Part shown: positions 8,870 to 12,095 of the stretch, one piece after another
Layout of the letters: each line of letters starts with the position of its first letter
Numbering within the stretch: the stretch's first letter is position 1
Source: Candidatus Poribacteria bacterium
GTDB taxonomy: Bacteria > Poribacteria > WGA-4E > UBA9662
Assembly (NCBI GenBank): GCA_036339735.1
Contig: JAYZAL010000071.1
Coordinates: forward strand, 1-12,095
Reading direction: 5' to 3'
Length of the DNA: 12,095 nucleotides
Translations under genes and position numbers: made by a program
The notes under the pieces: generated by a model
Told to the model about the DNA's origin: nothing
Database searches by the model: none
Seen by the model: the letters and a program-made list of their open reading frames with translations, nothing else

Positions 8870-10457
8870 TCGTTGAATCTTCTAGATTTTCGATTATGCC
8901 AGCGCCGATGCTATCCCCCCAAACATTAACAGTCGTACGAAATCGATCCAGCAGCCAATCCACAGTCAATATTAAACCGATTCCTTCAATTGGCAAATCA
9001 ACAGCCTTTAAGACAATAACCATAGTTACTAATCCAGCTTGAGGAATACCCGCAGCACCAATGGCTGCTAGTGTAGCAGTCAAAACTATCACTAATTGCT
9101 GAGCAAAGCCAAGATTTTGACCATAAACTTGTGCAATAAAAATAGCACCGACAGCTTCATACAGTGCTGTACCATCCATGTTGATTGTAGCTCCAAGTGG
9201 CAAAACAAAACTAGAAGTCCGATTAGAAACTCCATTGTTATTCTCTAGACCGTCCATTGTTAACGGAAGTGTAGCTGAACTAGATGCTGTTGAAAAAGCG
9301 TTTAATAAAGCTGTTGCCATTCCTGAGGCAAATGATATTGGGTTACGCTTTCCAAAGATGACTAACAGAAGTGGTAGGATGAAGATGGCATGGATACCGA
9401 GGCCAATTAGTACGGTGAGACTATATTTTCCAACTGCCATTAATTCAGGTAAAAAACCGTCAAATCCACCCTCAGATCCAATTTTGCCAGCGATTAACCC
9501 AAATATTCCGATCGGCGATATCAACATAATCCAGTGAACTATTTTCATTACACCATCGTTGAGAGCCGAAATAGTACTTATGGCAACTTGAGCGTGATCA
9601 CCAATAATAGTCAGCGCACTTCCTATTAGTAACGAGAAGACAATCAATGGTAAAATATCCATCTGTACCATTGCCTTAAAGACATTGGTAGGAATCATAC
9701 CTTGCTTACCAGTAGTTTTATTACCTAGTACTACTTCGGTCAAAGTATCAGTAATTCCTTTATCTTTCTTACCTGCTACTTTGTCTGCAATTGGCAATAT
9801 AATATTAACGCCTTTACCGGTAGCGGATAATTCTGGGTCGGCCGATAATACCTGGCCATTCAAATTCTTGAATGGCTTTTCTGTTGAATCAACTTTCAGA
9901 TAAAATACATTATCTGCCTGCTCAATGTACCGCCATGACGATACTGTTGCACTGTTAGAAGAAATACTTTTTATTCGACCCTGAACGTTTTGGCTTGGAA
10001 GTACGATTTGGTATTTATCTTTGAAGTTTTCTACCTGTTTTTTATTCCATGTTTTATCGATTAATGTGACCGTCTGTCCTACCACTGTGTAATCATAATC
10101 AGGATGTTCTTCTCCACTAGAGATTCCATCACCTGGTCGAATAATATTTACCAAAATAATACCTAGAATTACTGATATTGCAGTCGTTGCTGTATAGTAA
10201 GCAACAGTTCGGCCACCGATACTACCTATGTTTCTAACATCTCCCAGTCCAGTAATGCCTACTATCATTGATAAAATAACGAGCGGCACGACCATCATTT
10301 TGAGCGAATTCAGAAAGATATCCCCCAGGATTTTGAAATTGACCGCAAATTCAGGAAAGGCGCCGCCAATGATAGTACCAACAATAATAGCAACCACAAT
10401 TCCTATCAAAATAATGGGACTTTCCGTATTCTGTTGCTGAGATTCGTTTTTATTCAT
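8859..10457 (-). CDS. Dicarboxylate/amino acid:cation symporter (DAACS/SLC1), probably Na+-coupled Glu/Asp transporter
   Basis: GDIFLNSLKMMVVPLV, IPTN, AFSTASSSATLP (HP1), GATINMDGTALYEA (TM7), GAAGIPQAG (HP2), DRFRTTVNVWGD (TM8). AGGAG at 10471-10467. Confidence 0.96.
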   Translation of the reverse strand: MNKNESQQQNTESPIILIGIVVAIIVGTIIGGAFPEFAVNFKILGDIFLNSLKMMVVPLVILSMIVGITGLGDVRNIGSIGGRTVAYYTATTAISVILGIILVNIIRPGDGISSGEEHPDYDYTVVGQTVTLIDKTWNKKQVENFKDKYQIVLPSQNVQGRIKSISSNSATVSSWRYIEQADNVFYLKVDSTEKPFKNLNGQVLSADPELSATGKGVNIILPIADKVAGKKDKGITDTLTEVVLGNKTTGKQGMIPTNVFKAMVQMDILPLIVFSLLIGSALTIIGDHAQVAISTISALNDGVMKIVHWIMLISPIGIFGLIAGKIGSEGGFDGFLPELMAVGKYSLTVLIGLGIHAIFILPLLLVIFGKRNPISFASGMATALLNAFSTASSSATLPLTMDGLENNNGVSNRTSSFVLPLGATINMDGTALYEAVGAIFIAQVYGQNLGFAQQLVIVLTATLAAIGAAGIPQAGLVTMVIVLKAVDLPIEGIGLILTVDWLLDRFRTTVNVWGDSIGAGIIENLEDSTNAT

Positions 10458-10466
10458 CGGGAGCCA

Positions 10467-10471
10467 CTCCT
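10467..10471 (-). promoter_or_regulatory. Shine-Dalgarno of the DAACS gene
   Basis: AGGAG on the minus strand, 9 nt upstream of ATG 10457. Confidence 0.75.
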
Positions 10472-10532
10472 AACAATTCTATTTTTAGATTTTCTTCATC
10501 ATATAATTTTCAAGAAATGCAAACCAAAATTA

Positions 10533-10543
10533 ATTATAGCACA
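10533..10543 (-). promoter_or_regulatory. Candidate extended -10 sigma70-type promoter for the DAACS-AI2E-lpxB-lpxK unit
   Basis: Minus strand reads TGTGCTATAAT (TRTG-n-TATAAT) about 75 nt upstream of the start codon. No consensus -35. Confidence 0.6.
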
Positions 10544-10989
10544 CCCTTAAAATAATTAATTAGGTAGTGTTGGAGAAAATTTCTTGATCAAGCGGCCAAT
10601 ACGATTAAGTTCGCATCTATTAAGTTATCTTTAGGTATACGTTTTATGCGTTTAGCGATTTAAAATAAATTAACCTCCTTTACCGACGTACAGAAACGAT
10701 AATCCTCTTATCTTCTGGACAATTCGTATCCTGAAATGGGGTACAATTGTAGAGTACAGTTACACTGACTTACTCAAAGATTAAAGTATTATTGTACAAG
10801 CGCTGTCACTGAAATAATTACTCAGTAAACCCTTGATATAAGTTGATTATCCTCTGAAAAGACATCATATATATAAAAAATCGGCACAATTATCACAAGA
10901 GACATCACGCTTCATTTCTGTTTTTTGATAGTTATATAACCAAGTAACTGACCGATCGTCAAATTGGTTATCTTAATTAGAGTTTGTTA

Positions 10990-11018
10990 TTGCAATCAAA
11001 TTGATGGATTGATAAAGT
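10990..11018 (+). promoter_or_regulatory. Candidate sigma70-type promoter for the RraA-family gene
   Basis: TTGCAA (10990-10995), 17-nt spacer, then TAAAGT (11013-11018) preceded by TG-n. Confidence 0.4.
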
Positions 11019-11042
11019 AACGACTGTTTGGGTACTCGTTAT

Positions 11043-11047
11043 AGGAG
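11043..11047 (+). promoter_or_regulatory. Shine-Dalgarno of the RraA-family gene
   Basis: AGGAG 5 nt upstream of ATG 11053. Confidence 0.8.
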
Positions 11048-11052
11048 AGAAA

Positions 11053-12095
11053 ATGAAATTTGACAACAATTCTGACATCATTCAGCTTACCCCTAAGTGG
11101 GAGGGGGACCGATTCGATAATGGTCGACCGAAGGTTTCAGATGATATTTTGAACCGGATGGAAAAAGTCGCAACTGAGGAGGCTTGGTCAATTTTATGGG
11201 AAAAAGGCTACAAATTCCAATTTCAAGGAGATTGGTTGAAGACTCACGGTAATAAAGTTTTGGTTGGGCGAGCAGTAACCGCCACAATGGTTCCTTCTCG
11301 TCCAGATCTACATGATAGCCTATTAGAATATGGCCAAAATGAAGAGAATCGCATTGGTTTTTTTAACTCTTGGGTTATCGAGACTTTGCAAACGGATGAT
11401 GTAATGGTTGTCGATATGTTTGGTAAAATATTTGAGGGTACATTTTGCGGTGGTAATCTGTCGTCGACTGTTGCTACTCGAACCAAAAGAGGGCAAGTGA
11501 TCTACGGCGGCATTCGAGATTTGCAACAAATCATGAAAATGGACAACATGCAAACCTTTTATAAAGGCTGCGACCCAACTCCAATTCGGGATGTGACTCT
11601 AGTAGGTCTTAATACACCTTGTCGTATCGGTCAAGCGATTTGTATGCCTGGCGATGTTGTGTTAGGTACCGCCTCCGGTGTTTTATTCATTCCCCCCCAT
11701 TTGGCTGAAGATTGCGTGCTTCACGCAGAGAAAACACAATTGCGCGAAATTTTTGGATTTCAAAGAATTCGTGAAGGAATCTATACTTCGGCTGAAATGG
11801 ATACTAAATGGACAGATAAGATAGAAACTGATTTTGCTGACTGGCGTGTTGATAATACACCAGTTGACTTTCAACATTTGACTTCTGATCAATCAACTTC
11901 TATTGAACCAAAAGATGATGAACTAGAAGAAATAGACCATCAACCATCTGAGTTAGGCTCTGCAGAAACAACGACTGATGAATCGGAAGAAGCAAACCGT
12001 CAACCATCTGAGTTAGGCTCTGCAGAAACAACGACTGATGAACTAGAAGAAATAGACCATCAACCATCTGAGTTAGGCTCTGCAGACACAACGAC
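11053..12095 (+). CDS. RraA family protein (HMG/CHA aldolase-like fold) with acidic repeat tail; 3'-truncated
   Basis: Manual translation is open for 347 codons to the window end: MKFDNNSDIIQLTPKWEGDRFDNGRPKVSDDIL...LVGRAVTA...DDVMVVD...GGNLS...YGGIRD...MPGDVVLG..SGVLFIP. Absent from the ORF track because no stop codon falls in the window. Confidence 0.9.
   Translation, partial: MKFDNNSDIIQLTPKWEGDRFDNGRPKVSDDILNRMEKVATEEAWSILWEKGYKFQFQGDWLKTHGNKVLVGRAVTATMVPSRPDLHDSLLEYGQNEENRIGFFNSWVIETLQTDDVMVVDMFGKIFEGTFCGGNLSSTVATRTKRGQVIYGGIRDLQQIMKMDNMQTFYKGCDPTPIRDVTLVGLNTPCRIGQAICMPGDVVLGTASGVLFIPPHLAEDCVLHAEKTQLREIFGFQRIREGIYTSAEMDTKWTDKIETDFADWRVDNTPVDFQHLTSDQSTSIEPKDDELEEIDHQPSELGSAETTTDESEEANRQPSELGSAETTTDELEEIDHQPSELGSADTT
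11916..12095 (+). repeat. In-frame tandem repeat, 60-bp unit, at least 3 copies (11916-11975, 11976-12035, 12036-12095)
   Basis: Units 1 and 3 differ at 1 nt. Unit 2 differs from unit 1 at 7 nt, all within one 18-nt block. Encodes DELEEIDHQPSELGSAETTT / DESEEANRQPSELGSAETTT / DELEEIDHQPSELGSADTT. Confidence 0.97.

Noticed and set aside
5640..10440. Short alternative-frame or plus-strand ORFs inside lpxK, lpxB, AI-2E and DAACS
   Set aside because: They are nested in confident genes and have no independent coding evidence.
10671..10682. ACCTCCTTT as the 3' end of a 16S rRNA
   Set aside because: The preceding GGATC and all other rRNA sequence are absent, and the context is AT-rich.
10458..11052. 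Complete tmRNA, tRNA or known riboswitch in the intergenic region
   Set aside because: No acceptor stem, T-loop (TTCRA) arm with CCA end, or recognisable aptamer consensus on either strand. Only the tag-like frame is kept, as a low-confidence finding.
11093..12091. Five short minus-strand ORFs, including the repetitive 11900-12091 ORF
   Set aside because: They are antisense shadows of the RraA-family gene and its repeat, with no recognisable motifs.
11916..12095. CRISPR array (about 42-nt constant part containing GAAAC plus a variable block)
   Set aside because: The variable blocks are only about 18 nt, resemble each other, and blocks 1 and 3 are identical. The period is a multiple of 3 and in frame with a gene, and no cas genes are present. 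This is a coding tandem repeat.

Overview
Bacterial chromosomal segment from a diderm (lipid A genes), moderately AT-rich, with three transcription units. (1) Plus strand 1-5196: two tandem MacB/FtsX-type ABC permeases (the first truncated by the window edge), an unusually large periplasmic adaptor and an SDR oxidoreductase. (2) Minus strand 10457-5186: a tightly packed run of a DAACS/SLC1 symporter, an AI-2E family transporter, lpxB and lpxK, converging on and overlapping the SDR gene. (3) Plus strand from 11053: an RraA/HMG-aldolase-family gene missing from the ORF track because it has no stop in the window; it ends in an in-frame 60-bp (20-aa) acidic tandem repeat. Main observations: the adaptor has a very long coiled coil and an apparent second beta-barrel copy; the symporter has EAAT-type ion-coupling residues and an approximately 100-aa loop insertion; the AI-2E gene is coupled to lpxB by TAATG; and the 595-bp divergent intergenic region holds several hairpins, an orphan Shine-Dalgarno and a short frame resembling an ssrA tag. 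No mobile element, CRISPR array, tRNA or rRNA is supported. All family calls come from motif recognition by eye, not database searches.
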